A DNA stretch of 64,000 nucleotides from a virus, in IMG/VR virus record IMGVR_UViG_3300042945_001831, positions 17,458 to 81,457 of that record, one strand, 5' to 3'. Position numbers and translations under genes: made by a program. Each line of letters starts with the position of its first letter. The stretch's first letter is position 1. The notes under the pieces were generated by a model. The model searched no databases. It saw only the letters and a program-made list of their open reading frames with translations, and was not told the DNA's origin. Positions 11,201-21,202 of the stretch are shown here, one piece after another.

Positions 11201-14200
11201 CAAAATAATGAATCATCTGGAACAGTTGAATCTGTAAATAGTTATAATTCATTAAATTATTCTAAAGAAATACCATCAGTATTGGGTGTACGAGCATCCG
11301 ACTATATTGATTTTAGACCAAAAGTTTTACCATATTCTACAACTAGTACACTATCGCCATTTTCATTCTCAAGTAGAAATTTTTCAGGATCTTCTTCTGA
11401 AACAATTGTTTCTAATGAAACAATTGTTGTAGATTATTCGTATTATCTTGGAAGACTGGATAGATTATATCTAACTAAAGATGGATTATTTGAAATAAAA
11501 AAAGGAGAACCATCAGAAAATCCAAAACTTCCTATTCCAAATAATGAAGGATTTGAAGTTGCAACAATTTCAATGAATCCTTATATGATTAATGCTACTA
11601 ATGATTGTTCAATAAAAACTATACCTCATAAGAGGTATACGATGAATGATATTGGGAATCTTGAGACAAGAATCAAAACATTAGAAGATTATACAACTCT
11701 TTCTTTACTTGAAACTGATACAAAAAATCTATCAATAAAAGATCCAAACACTGGACTTGATAAATTTAAATCAGGATTTTTTGTAGATACTTTTAGAAAT
11801 CACGAATCTCATAATTTGACTGGTGATTCTAAATTTGATATTGATATAGAAAATGGAGAATGCAGACCAAGATCAACAGAAAGAAATGTCTCTTTAATTT
11901 TTGAAACAAAATCGTCTTTAGCAAATCCAACAAATTCTGACTATCGTTGGATTGAAGATTTCGAATCTAACAATATTACAAGAAATGGTGTAGGTTTAAC
12001 TTTAAAATATACTGAAGTTCCATTTATTGTACAAGATCTTGCAAGTAGAACAGAAAATATAAATCCTTTCCATATAGCATTATATGCTGGAGCAATTGAA
12101 CTTACTCCAATATCTGATTTCTGGATTGAAGAAGTTATGCTGGAAACTCCAGATGTAATAAAAATTGATTCCGCTTTTGGTGCTGTTGCAGAATTGCTCG
12201 GAGTAGAGGATAGAGAAAACGGTGGAATGTCTGCAAGTTATTGGAATTCTCACGAAACAACTTGGACTGGAAAAGAATTAATTAAAGAAGAATTAGTTAG
12301 TAGTGATGTGATTAGTTCTTCTAGTGTTGTTGATGCACAACGTAGAAATCAAGTTCCACTTAGAAGAGACGTAACTACTACTACTAATGTACTTTCTAAT
12401 GATTATTTACAAACAATACAGCAAACAGGAATAAACAAAACTTTTGGTTTGCAACTAACTGCAGGTGAAGAAAAAATAAGTCTTGGAAATAGAGTTATTG
12501 GAGTTGATGTTTTATATAATTGTCGTTCTAGAAACATTGAAGTAGTTGGAAATAAATTAAAACCAAATACAAGATATTATGTCTTTTTTGAGAATACAGA
12601 TGTAACAGAATATTGCACTCCAAAACTTTTACCAATTACGATGAGAAGAGGGACATTTGCAACTTCTGATATTGTAAGAACTTCAATATCATCACAATCA
12701 GTTGGAAATCCTCAAATCAAATTTAGAGTTGCACAACTAAATCACAAATTTGGTGATTTTAAATCACCAACTGTAACTTACAGTACGGATCCATATACAT
12801 CATCTCCTTTGGGATCATCATATTCCAGCACTAGCACGATTGTAAATCTTGATACTGGAGATTTGGCACTTCTTGTGGATCCATCACGTTCTGGATGGGT
12901 TAGAAAAGGTTCTGTGATAGCAAATGAATCTGGAACTGCTGAAGCAGTTGTTAATGAATTGAGTTTAAGGAGCGATGAAAAAGGAACTCTTATTTTCTCG
13001 TTGTTTATTCCAGATCCAAAAATTCCAAGCAATCCCAAATTTACCACTGGACAGAATACAATTAGAATTACTACAAGTCCAACAAATGCAAACAATTTAG
13101 ACCCAGGTGAAAGTTCTGCACAAACTACTTACTTTGCTACTGGTTATGCACAAAATACTCAAGAACAAACACTTTCAATCAAAACTCCAGAAATTGAAAG
13201 AAAACAAATTGGTTCCGATCAACCAATTACACAAATAACACAAAGTCTTGATGAAAACAGAATTGAAACTAGAACAAATGTTTCTGATACTGGTTGGTAT
13301 GACCCTCTTGCTCAATCTTTCTTAATTGAAAGAGACAAGTATCAAGATGGAGTATTTGTTACTGGTGGAGAAGTTTACTTTAAAACAAAAGATGAAGTTT
13401 CTCCAGTTACAATCCAAATTAGAACTATGAGAGATGGTTCTCCAACTGGAGTAATCGTTCCATTTGGAGAAACTCAAGTAGATCCAAAAGATATTCCACT
13501 TTCCACAGATGGAAGTGCTCCAACTATATTTAAATTTTCAACTCCGGTATATTTGCAATCTGGATATGAATATGCACTTGTTTTAGTATCATCTACTAGC
13601 AAATACTTAACGTTTACATCTAGAGTTGGTGAGGAAGATTTAATTCTTGGGTCAATAAGCAATAAGCAACCATATATGGGTTCATTGTTTAAATCACAAA
13701 ACGGATCAACTTGGGATCCAAGTCAATTTGAAGATTTGAAATTCAAGCTCTTTAAGGCAAAGTTTGTAACAAACACTCCATCTAGTTTCATATTTTACAA
13801 TTCTGATCTTCCAAAAGGTAAGATTTTAAAAGAAAATCCAGCAACTTCATATTCTAAGAGACAATATGTTTCAATTGCAAATACAACTATTTCATTTGCT
13901 CAAGGAAATAGTTTAACACAAACTTCATCTTATGGTAATATTTTTGATTATGGTGGTCCAGTCGGATTAGGAACAAGTTCTTTAGTTGTATCTTCTTCTG
14001 GAATTGGATTAACTAATGGAACTTTTACTGGAATTGGATTTAGTGCATTGACTGGGTATGGAAGTTCTTGTGTTGCAACAGTCACTGTATCTAATGGTGC
14101 TATAAGTAATTTAAATGTAACAAGTGGTGGAAATGGATATAGATCTGGTGATTTGATTTTGGTAAATCAATTAGGAAACACTGGAACTGGCGTAAGAGCA

Positions 14201-15589
14201 ACAGTTGGAATTGTTTCTACTACAAACTTGTTGGTTATTGATGATGTAAATGGATCATTCAATACATTAGATTCTTTGACATATTACAATTCAACTGGTT
14301 CATCATTTGGACTTGCTGCTCCAACTTCTATCAATGATGATCCAATCAGAGATGGATATACATTATTGTTTGATCACAAAAATCACGGAATGCATTCAAG
14401 TTCAAATAAATTAGAAGTAATTAATTTCAATAGTGATTTGTCACCAACAATTCTTTCTTCATCTATTTTGGATACATCAACAACAATAACTGTAAGCAAT
14501 CCTGGAATATTAACTTCATTTGAAGGATCTGCCATAGGTGTTGCTAATACTGGATATTTGCTAATTGATAATGAAATAATTTCTTATAATTCTATTTCTG
14601 GAAATAATATTACAATTACTGAAAGGGGAATTGATAATAGTTTAAAAACAACTCATGCTATAAATTCATTGGTATATACTTATCAATTTAACTCTATTTC
14701 ATTAAGAAAAATCAATAAAACACACAATATTGATTCAAGAGAAAAAACATTTGATAGTTACTATTTAAAATTATCAGATACATCAAAATCATTTAAAACA
14801 ACCAAATCTGGCGGTGGAAAAAATCTTGAAGTTTCTCAAAATGTTCCATTTGAAGTTATTTCTCCAAGAATTAATTCAATAACACCTTCAGGAACAAATA
14901 TTACAGCAAGAATTAAAACAATTTCAGGAACAAGTATTAGTGGAAATGAATCATCATTTGCAGATCAAGGATATGAGAATGTTTCTTTAAATAAATTGAA
15001 TTATCTTAATAGTCCAAGAATTGTGGCATCGAAAGTAAATGAGTATAATTTACTTTCAAATGAAAAGTCATTTGCACTTGAAATGACTTTATCTACAACT
15101 AAAGAAGATGTATCGCCATTTATTGATTTGAATACTGCAAATATTATCGCAATTAGCAACTTGGTTGATGATAAAGTTGAAAACTTTGAGACTGATAATA
15201 GATGTAAAATTCCAGGAAGTGATCCAAATTCTGGAATATATGAAACTAAAAAAATATCTTTGGAGTTCCCAGCAAACTCACTTTATGTTCAATTTGATGG
15301 ACATAAATTTGCTGGAGCAGATATTCGAGTTATGTATAAACTTTATAGAAATGATAATTCAGATTTTCAACAAATTTATACTCCATTTAATACTGATGGA
15401 TCACCAGACAAAACAGTAAATTCAAATAACAATTTAAATCAATTTAGTGAATATAAATTTACTGCAGAAAATCTACCACAATTTAATGGATTTATGATTA
15501 AGGTTATTATGACCTCTAATGATCAATCAAAACCACCTAGAATTAAAAACTTTAGGTCAATTGCTCTTCGTTCATATGCAGCAGAATGA
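8300..15589 (+). CDS. Large VrlC-like virion structural protein (2429 aa)
   Basis: N-terminal NLNISPYFDDFD...KVLFKPGFPIQSRELNTLQSILQNQ, APGADRFKI and DPLAQSF motifs. Usual position after gp8 in cyanomyoviruses. Confidence 0.8.
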   Translation: MAQNTNLNISPYFDDFDENKNYKKVLFKPGFPIQSRELNTLQSILQNQTEKFGQYFFKEGSVVIPGATFYDDRYFAVRIDPYFLNIPVKEYTSILSSEEIEIKGETSGVTATVVNRITDTESIDGFDTLYVKYKSSGTDPNVKTFIDGENLITLSDINYSLTKISTNSSFAKCINSNATKIGSSASINDGVYFIRGYFVKVQKETIILDQYSNAPSYRIGLLINEQIISASSENQDLFDNAQGFPNESAPGADRFKISASLHKKELTDLNDQNFVELIRVNQGILQKFVNKTELNIFKEELARRTFEESGDYYVSPFAIDVRESLNDRISNRGVYYENQLTQNGNTPSDDIFVLQVSPGKAYVRGYDIDKLSTSSIDLVKPRTTKSKQNVSLPIKIGNLVRTNNVYGSPKIGFSTTYTINLLNQRLDSNRTIGSATTIGIARVYDFNQRFVSGISTTEYDLRLFDIQTYTSVTIGLGITASADSHIKGQYSGATGFLKNSIANETSLTIYDTKGNFSINEPIIVNGINVGRNLTSIVDYNFTDVKSVYGAVGVSTFASDLVLGQKAKVFTETSQFTITPGTTGISTVTSPSVSDFRSLVKIGDIVQYSRPGFSTITYNRVSNVSATKLTVVGVSTVIGVCEGNLPSSGSDLTVTDFDVVIPSLEDASNPGYTIDIQNRYVSSINLLDSTYIARKQILKNITASTYTFYLSDLGDNNIYFEPFKEDNYILTWETGQKEVLTSAQVSFSSNLRELTISGLSRTGNATLSCTVKRTTLSSKEKTLVRCNELIINRSKYSGSGIGSTTFNDGLTYNSVYGTRVQDDEISLNYPDIYRILGVFESNDSNNPTLPALTVSSQSDSFVNNVKIGEQLIGNSSGALARVVYVDGSNQIRFVYENEKTFEIEEIITFKTSSIVATISILIVGDRNIIRNYQFDDGYRLEYADYGRIIRNSGIAEPTKKLSIIFDYYQNNESSGTVESVNSYNSLNYSKEIPSVLGVRASDYIDFRPKVLPYSTTSTLSPFSFSSRNFSGSSSETIVSNETIVVDYSYYLGRLDRLYLTKDGLFEIKKGEPSENPKLPIPNNEGFEVATISMNPYMINATNDCSIKTIPHKRYTMNDIGNLETRIKTLEDYTTLSLLETDTKNLSIKDPNTGLDKFKSGFFVDTFRNHESHNLTGDSKFDIDIENGECRPRSTERNVSLIFETKSSLANPTNSDYRWIEDFESNNITRNGVGLTLKYTEVPFIVQDLASRTENINPFHIALYAGAIELTPISDFWIEEVMLETPDVIKIDSAFGAVAELLGVEDRENGGMSASYWNSHETTWTGKELIKEELVSSDVISSSSVVDAQRRNQVPLRRDVTTTTNVLSNDYLQTIQQTGINKTFGLQLTAGEEKISLGNRVIGVDVLYNCRSRNIEVVGNKLKPNTRYYVFFENTDVTEYCTPKLLPITMRRGTFATSDIVRTSISSQSVGNPQIKFRVAQLNHKFGDFKSPTVTYSTDPYTSSPLGSSYSSTSTIVNLDTGDLALLVDPSRSGWVRKGSVIANESGTAEAVVNELSLRSDEKGTLIFSLFIPDPKIPSNPKFTTGQNTIRITTSPTNANNLDPGESSAQTTYFATGYAQNTQEQTLSIKTPEIERKQIGSDQPITQITQSLDENRIETRTNVSDTGWYDPLAQSFLIERDKYQDGVFVTGGEVYFKTKDEVSPVTIQIRTMRDGSPTGVIVPFGETQVDPKDIPLSTDGSAPTIFKFSTPVYLQSGYEYALVLVSSTSKYLTFTSRVGEEDLILGSISNKQPYMGSLFKSQNGSTWDPSQFEDLKFKLFKAKFVTNTPSSFIFYNSDLPKGKILKENPATSYSKRQYVSIANTTISFAQGNSLTQTSSYGNIFDYGGPVGLGTSSLVVSSSGIGLTNGTFTGIGFSALTGYGSSCVATVTVSNGAISNLNVTSGGNGYRSGDLILVNQLGNTGTGVRATVGIVSTTNLLVIDDVNGSFNTLDSLTYYNSTGSSFGLAAPTSINDDPIRDGYTLLFDHKNHGMHSSSNKLEVINFNSDLSPTILSSSILDTSTTITVSNPGILTSFEGSAIGVANTGYLLIDNEIISYNSISGNNITITERGIDNSLKTTHAINSLVYTYQFNSISLRKINKTHNIDSREKTFDSYYLKLSDTSKSFKTTKSGGGKNLEVSQNVPFEVISPRINSITPSGTNITARIKTISGTSISGNESSFADQGYENVSLNKLNYLNSPRIVASKVNEYNLLSNEKSFALEMTLSTTKEDVSPFIDLNTANIIAISNLVDDKVENFETDNRCKIPGSDPNSGIYETKKISLEFPANSLYVQFDGHKFAGADIRVMYKLYRNDNSDFQQIYTPFNTDGSPDKTVNSNNNLNQFSEYKFTAENLPQFNGFMIKVIMTSNDQSKPPRIKNFRSIALRSYAAE

Positions 15590-15810
15590 ATAATTATTTA
15601 ATAGTAGAAACTGATAGAAATTTAATTAGAGATTTAGATTCTAATGCAATTGTAAATAAAAACAAAAATGAATATGATCAATTTTTAAAAATATCAGAAC
15701 AAAAATATAAAGAAAAAAAAGAATTTGAAGATTTAAAAAATGAAGTCAATTTAATAAAAAGTGATTTAAGTGAAATTAAATCACTTTTAACTTTTATTGT
15801 GAATAAATGA
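15586..15810 (+). CDS. Small conserved coiled-coil hypothetical protein
   Basis: ATGA overlap with upstream gene, LIRDLDSNAIVN motif, heptad C-terminus. Confidence 0.75.
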   Translation: MNNYLIVETDRNLIRDLDSNAIVNKNKNEYDQFLKISEQKYKEKKEFEDLKNEVNLIKSDLSEIKSLLTFIVNK

Positions 15811-15812
15811 CT

Positions 15813-15820
15813 TATAAATA
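15813..15820 (+). promoter_or_regulatory. Late promoter TATAAATA
   Basis: Exact consensus, intergenic. Confidence 0.8.
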
Positions 15821-15849
15821 ACTTAGAAAGATTTTAATTTAATGTAATA

Positions 15850-16188
15850 ATGTCTGCATATGTTAGTAACATAATTATTGATGCTGGAAGTGACTTTTCT
15901 CAAACTTTTTATCTTGAGCAATCTACAAATTCACCATTAAATTTATCTGGGTATACTGGAGCATCTTTAATAAAAAAGCACCCAGCAGCATTAAAAACTA
16001 TTGCAGCATTTGTAGTTTCATTTCCAAATAGAATCAATGGAGAAATTGTATTATCTTTGGGATCGACTATTACTTCCACGTTAAAACCTGGAAGATATTG
16101 TTATGATGTATTATTGAATAGTGGTACTAATGTTAAAACCAGAGTAATTGAAGGAAGTGCTATTGTTACTGCTGGAATTACTACTTAA
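15850..16188 (+). CDS. Small virion structural protein (beta-sandwich type)
   Basis: NIIIDAGSDF...LKPGRYCYDVLL...TRVIEGSAIV pattern, recurrent in cyanomyovirus tail regions. Confidence 0.7.
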   Translation: MSAYVSNIIIDAGSDFSQTFYLEQSTNSPLNLSGYTGASLIKKHPAALKTIAAFVVSFPNRINGEIVLSLGSTITSTLKPGRYCYDVLLNSGTNVKTRVIEGSAIVTAGITT

Positions 16189-16193
16189 CAAAA

Positions 16194-17213
16194 ATGTCAG
16201 ATATCAAAGTAAGAGTTGGATCACAAAATGCAATAAAAGTTATATCTACAGTTTCCGGAAAAACTGAAGGACGATTTCCCGGAGATTTAGTAGTAGAAGG
16301 AAATACATTTTTGGGAAATGATTCCAATGATGTATTATCTGTTATTGGAATTGCAACATTCGTTGGAAATATTACTCAAACAGGAACATTTACAAATTTT
16401 GGTGGGGCAATAATTGATGAAATTAGCATTTTTTCAAATGTAATTTCAACAAAATCTGGCACTGGAAATGTACTTTATATTGATCCATATCCAGATGGTT
16501 TGAGTAATGAAGGAAAAGTTGTAATTAAAGGTGATTTGCAAGTTGATGGAACTACAACCACAGTTAATTCAAGCATAATAAGCACAAACGAAACTATTTT
16601 AAATCTTGGTGATATTACAAGTATTAGAACTGTTATTTCTCCAGTCTCTTCTGGTGTAAGTACAATTTCATTGGATTCTATCATAGGTATTAATACTGGT
16701 GATATTATTTCTGGTTCAAATAGTCTTCCAATTTCATCTACAGACAGAACAATTGTTGGATATAATCCAACAACAAAAGTTATTACCATACAGGGATCTA
16801 CATTTTCAAGTATTTCTACCACAACCCAATTAACTATACAGCATTTTTATGACACAAATACAGATAGAGGTATTTCATTCGAATACAATACATCATCTGG
16901 TGTCGAAAATTATAAAAAAGGATTTTTTGGATTTAAAGATAATAGCGGTTACTTTACTTTTATTCCAGATGCTACATTTACAAATAGTGTAGTAACTGGA
17001 ACTAAAGGAACATTAGATATTGGTGCAATTTATTTAAATTTTGCATCTTCTGGTATTAGTACTAGAGGAGTATCTTATTTTGATTCATTTGGAAAATTAG
17101 TAAGTACAAATTCGCCAGAAATTGGATATGCAAGAACATCTAATTATATTCTAACCACAAATGATTCAAATGTTCCTGTTTGGACTAATATATTAGATGG
17201 AGGATCTTTTTGA
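16194..17213 (+). CDS. Tail fibre / baseplate-associated structural protein
   Basis: IKGDLQVDGTTTTVNS, DRGISFEY and terminal LDGGSF motifs of fibre-like proteins. Confidence 0.6.
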   Translation: MSDIKVRVGSQNAIKVISTVSGKTEGRFPGDLVVEGNTFLGNDSNDVLSVIGIATFVGNITQTGTFTNFGGAIIDEISIFSNVISTKSGTGNVLYIDPYPDGLSNEGKVVIKGDLQVDGTTTTVNSSIISTNETILNLGDITSIRTVISPVSSGVSTISLDSIIGINTGDIISGSNSLPISSTDRTIVGYNPTTKVITIQGSTFSSISTTTQLTIQHFYDTNTDRGISFEYNTSSGVENYKKGFFGFKDNSGYFTFIPDATFTNSVVTGTKGTLDIGAIYLNFASSGISTRGVSYFDSFGKLVSTNSPEIGYARTSNYILTTNDSNVPVWTNILDGGSF

Positions 17214-17214
17214 T

Positions 17215-17442
17215 ATGGATAGTCAAGTTGATGTCAATATTTTAATTAATGTGTACAATCAAAAAATATCTTCATTGATAAATCAAAATATTTTATTAGA
17301 AGCAAAAATTAAATCAAATTTAAAAGACTACGAAGAAGAAAAAAACACTCTTCTTATAAAAAATCTTGAACTGCAAAAAAAATATGATGAATTGAATAAA
17401 TCAAAGCAAAAAAATCAAAATGATCAAGATAAATACGAATAG
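17215..17442 (+). CDS. Small coiled-coil hypothetical protein
   Basis: ATG just after the upstream stop is preferred over 17197. NQNILLEAK coiled coil. Confidence 0.65.
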   Translation: MDSQVDVNILINVYNQKISSLINQNILLEAKIKSNLKDYEEEKNTLLIKNLELQKKYDELNKSKQKNQNDQDKYE

Positions 17443-17456
17443 GCGGAAATTTAAAA

Positions 17457-18272
17457 ATGTCTCAACCATCATCTCGTCAAGGTTTAATCGATTACTGCTT
17501 GAGAAAGCTTGGTTATCCAGTTTTAGAAATTAATGTTGATGATGATCAAATAGATGATTTAGTTGATGATGCCATTCAATACTACAATGAGAGGCATTAT
17601 GATGGAATTGAAAGGGTTTATTTAAAACACAAATTAGATAAAGATCAAGTAAATACATTAAGAACCGGGGTTACAACTTCAACTGCATCATCAAATGTTG
17701 GAGTAACTACAGTATCATACACAGAAACAAATAATTTTTTACAACTTCCAGATTATGTTATTGGAGTCAACAACGTATTTAAAGTTGATTCTAGTACTAT
17801 TTCTAGTGGATTATTCAATATTAAGTATCAAATATTTTTAAATGATTTATATTATTATGGAGCATTAGATCTTTTAAATTATTCAATGACAAAAACTTAT
17901 TTGGAAGATTTGAGTAGACTTCTAACACCAGATGTTCAAATAAGATTTAATAAAAAAAATCATAGGTTATATATGGATATTGATTGGGCACAAATGAGTG
18001 ATACAAATTATTTAATATTTGATTGCTACAGAATGATAAATCCATCAGACACGCCAAAAGTATATAATGATTTTTGGTTAAAAAAATATTTGACATCTTT
18101 AATTAAAAGACAATGGGGTCAAAATATGATTAAATTCCAAGGAGTTATGCTTCCTGGTGGTGTTCAACTAAATGGTAGACAAATTTATGATGATGCAGTT
18201 GCAGAAATAGATGAAATTGAGAAGCAACTTAAGTACGAATACGAATTGCCCCCAATGGATATGATCGGATAA
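17457..18272 (+). CDS. gp13: Neck protein
   Basis: LIDYCLRKLGYPVLEINVDDDQ and KRQWGQNMIKF...LPGGVQLNG motifs. Confidence 0.93.
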   Translation: MSQPSSRQGLIDYCLRKLGYPVLEINVDDDQIDDLVDDAIQYYNERHYDGIERVYLKHKLDKDQVNTLRTGVTTSTASSNVGVTTVSYTETNNFLQLPDYVIGVNNVFKVDSSTISSGLFNIKYQIFLNDLYYYGALDLLNYSMTKTYLEDLSRLLTPDVQIRFNKKNHRLYMDIDWAQMSDTNYLIFDCYRMINPSDTPKVYNDFWLKKYLTSLIKRQWGQNMIKFQGVMLPGGVQLNGRQIYDDAVAEIDEIEKQLKYEYELPPMDMIG

Positions 18273-18276
18273 TATT

Positions 18277-19674
18277 ATGTCACCACTTAATCCATTTTTT
18301 TTACAAGGTTCTGCAAGTGAACAAAGACTGGTTCAAGATTTAATTAATGAACAATTGAGAATGTATGGGCAAGATGTAGTATATCTTCCTAGAAAAATTA
18401 TTAATAAAAAAACTGTCATTAAAGAAGTAGTTGCATCAAAATTTGATGATTCTTTTAGAATTGAAGCATATTTGATGAATTATCAAGGATTTGGCGGTCA
18501 AGGAGATATATTATCAAAATTCGGAGTTCAAACTACAGATCAACTTACTTTAATAATATCAAAAGAAAGATATGAAGATTTCATATCTCCATTTTTAACT
18601 GGAGATGAACAAATAGAATTAACAACAAGACCAGAAGAAGGAGATTTGATATATTTACCATTAGATAATACAATTTTTGAAATTAAATATGTAGAAGGAA
18701 AAGCACCATTCTATCAGTTGAATAATTTGTATGTTTATGAATTGAGATGTGAAGTATTTGACTATGCATCTGACGATATTATTGATACTTCTATATCTGA
18801 AGTTGATGAATCCGTAGAAAATTTTGGATATATAACAACAATCAATATGGTTGGTGCTTCTGCAACTTCAGCATCAGCATCTGTAAGTTTATCCAATATT
18901 ACTGGAAAATCAGTTTCGAGTATAGATCTAATTAATGATGGAACTGGATATTTGTCCACCCCTATTGTTTCAATTTCAACTTCACCAAATGGTATTTCAG
19001 CAACAGCAGTTGCAATTATGACGTATCGTTCTGGACAAACTGGAAATTCTATTGATAAGATTTTAATAATCAACCCAGGATATGGATATACAATTGAACC
19101 AACAGTAACAATAAAATCAAATTCTGGTTCTGGAGCAATTGCAAGTGCAATTATTTCTAGTGGTTCACTTTCAAGTATTAGCATAATTAATACTGGATTT
19201 GAATATTCATCAGCACCAATAGTTTCAATTTCTACTGCTCCTCATGGTGGAACAAATGCCTCTGCAGTATCAACTATAAATTCAGATGGAGAAGTTACTT
19301 CCATAAGATACATCAATGCTGGTGCTGGATATACAATAGCACCAAATATCACATTCACATCACCTTCTGATAGTTCATTTGGAAATTATAAATTTAATGA
19401 AAATGTGAGGGGAGTTTCCACAGGAACAACTGCTTATGTATCTAAATGGGATTCTGTCAATAGAAAACTTGAAGTTAAAGTTACTAATGGAACATTTGCA
19501 GTTGGAGAAACTATTGTTGGTCTGGGAACAACTAATGGTTATAGTGCAAGTTATAAAGTTTTATCAATAGAAAGAGATGATTTGTATGATACATATGCAG
19601 AAAATATTCCTATAGAAAATGAAGCGGATAATATTCTCGATTTCAGCGAAAGAAACCCCTTTGGAGATTATTAA
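18277..19674 (+). CDS. gp14: Neck protein with inserted repeat domain
   Basis: EQRLVQDLINEQLRMYG, LSKFG, RPEEGDLIY, PFYQL and C-terminal DFSERNPFG. Confidence 0.92.
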   Translation: MSPLNPFFLQGSASEQRLVQDLINEQLRMYGQDVVYLPRKIINKKTVIKEVVASKFDDSFRIEAYLMNYQGFGGQGDILSKFGVQTTDQLTLIISKERYEDFISPFLTGDEQIELTTRPEEGDLIYLPLDNTIFEIKYVEGKAPFYQLNNLYVYELRCEVFDYASDDIIDTSISEVDESVENFGYITTINMVGASATSASASVSLSNITGKSVSSIDLINDGTGYLSTPIVSISTSPNGISATAVAIMTYRSGQTGNSIDKILIINPGYGYTIEPTVTIKSNSGSGAIASAIISSGSLSSISIINTGFEYSSAPIVSISTAPHGGTNASAVSTINSDGEVTSIRYINAGAGYTIAPNITFTSPSDSSFGNYKFNENVRGVSTGTTAYVSKWDSVNRKLEVKVTNGTFAVGETIVGLGTTNGYSASYKVLSIERDDLYDTYAENIPIENEADNILDFSERNPFGDY

Positions 19675-19704
19675 ATCTAAATAATTAATAAAACTTTTAA
19701 TATT

Positions 19705-20754
19705 ATGTTTGGACAATACTACTATCACGAAATAATTAGAAAGACTATCATTGCTTTTGGTACTCTTTTTAATACTATTGACATCAAGCATAAAACACAA
19801 AGTAATGAAGACTATAGTATTATTAGAGTTCCAATTGCTTATGGTCCAACAGAAAAGTTTCTTGCTAGATTAGAACAAAAACCAGATTTAAGAAAAAGAG
19901 TATCAATAACACTTCCGAGAATGTCATTTGAAATGACCAGCATTCGTTATGATAATAGTAGAAAAATTTCTACTATGCAAACATTTAAAGTATTAAATCA
20001 AGATAATAAAACTATAAAAAAAATGTTTATGCCTGTTCCATATAATATAGGCATACAACTTTCTATCATGACTCAATATAATGATGATGCTCTGCAAATC
20101 GTAGAACAAATTTTACCTTATTTTCAACCATCATTTAATCTTTCTGTAGATTTAGTATCTTCTATTGCAGAAAAAAGAGATATTCCAATGATTTTGGAAG
20201 ATGTATCATTCAAAGATAATTATGACAGTGGATATGAAGAAAAAAGAACTATAATTTATACATTAGACTTTACAGCAAAAACTTATCTATTTGGTCCAAT
20301 TCCAAATTCCGATGAAGGATTTATTAAAAAAGTACAAGTTGATTATTATAGCAACACAAATACTAAAAATGCTTCCAGACAACTTAGATACGTCGCGGAA
20401 CCAAGAGCAACAAAAGATTATGATGAAGATAATACTACAACATTAGCAGAAAATATTGATAATCAAATTACAAAATTTAATGTTGGAGACACCACAAATC
20501 TGTCTATTGATGATTATATTCAAATTGATACTGAATCAATGTTAATTAAATCAATTGACGGAAATACATTGACTGTAGTGAGAGGAAAAGACAACACACT
20601 TATTGAATCTCACATTAATGGAAGTTATATTAATTTAATCAATTCTTTAGATAATGATTTAATAGAACAAACTGATGATTTTGGATTTAGTGAATATCGT
20701 TATGATTATAACGATGGAAAAGTGTACAGTCCAACTAAAGGTACTGATGTATGA
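19705..20754 (+). CDS. gp15: Tail sheath stabilizer / tail terminator
   Basis: YHEIIRKTIIAFGTLFN, VPIAYGP, LPRMSFE and QIVEQILPYFQP. Confidence 0.92.
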   Translation: MFGQYYYHEIIRKTIIAFGTLFNTIDIKHKTQSNEDYSIIRVPIAYGPTEKFLARLEQKPDLRKRVSITLPRMSFEMTSIRYDNSRKISTMQTFKVLNQDNKTIKKMFMPVPYNIGIQLSIMTQYNDDALQIVEQILPYFQPSFNLSVDLVSSIAEKRDIPMILEDVSFKDNYDSGYEEKRTIIYTLDFTAKTYLFGPIPNSDEGFIKKVQVDYYSNTNTKNASRQLRYVAEPRATKDYDEDNTTTLAENIDNQITKFNVGDTTNLSIDDYIQIDTESMLIKSIDGNTLTVVRGKDNTLIESHINGSYINLINSLDNDLIEQTDDFGFSEYRYDYNDGKVYSPTKGTDV

Positions 20755-21182
20755 ATAATAAATTTGATGATATAAATGAAGCATTGGAGATAGAAGCAAC
20801 TCCAATAGAAAAAAAACTTGTAAAAAGATCTTCATCAAAATTATCTAGACCAATAGATATCAATGATTTGGATGCAGATTATGAGTATACAAGAGGGCAT
20901 TATTATGCGTTATTGGAAAAGGGACAAGAAGCCATTGATAGTATATTAGAACTAGCACAAAATTCAGAAAAAGCAAGAGATTTTGAAGTCGCACTTCAAG
21001 GAATTAAAAACATTGCCGATGTTGCTGATAAACTTATGGATCTACAACAAAAAAATAAAAAAATAAGAGAAGAAGAAACAAAACGACCATCTACAGTAAA
21101 TAATTCTGTATTCATTGGTTCAACAGCAGATCTTCATAAATTAATTAAAAATGGGTTCAACTCTGAAGATAAAACTAAATAA
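20751..21182 (+). CDS. gp16: Terminase small subunit
   Basis: DYEYTR, and NNSVFIGSTADL at the C-terminus. Confidence 0.9.
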   Translation: MNNKFDDINEALEIEATPIEKKLVKRSSSKLSRPIDINDLDADYEYTRGHYYALLEKGQEAIDSILELAQNSEKARDFEVALQGIKNIADVADKLMDLQQKNKKIREEETKRPSTVNNSVFIGSTADLHKLIKNGFNSEDKTK

Positions 21183-21202
21183 TAAAAGGTAGAGAAAAAA
21201 CA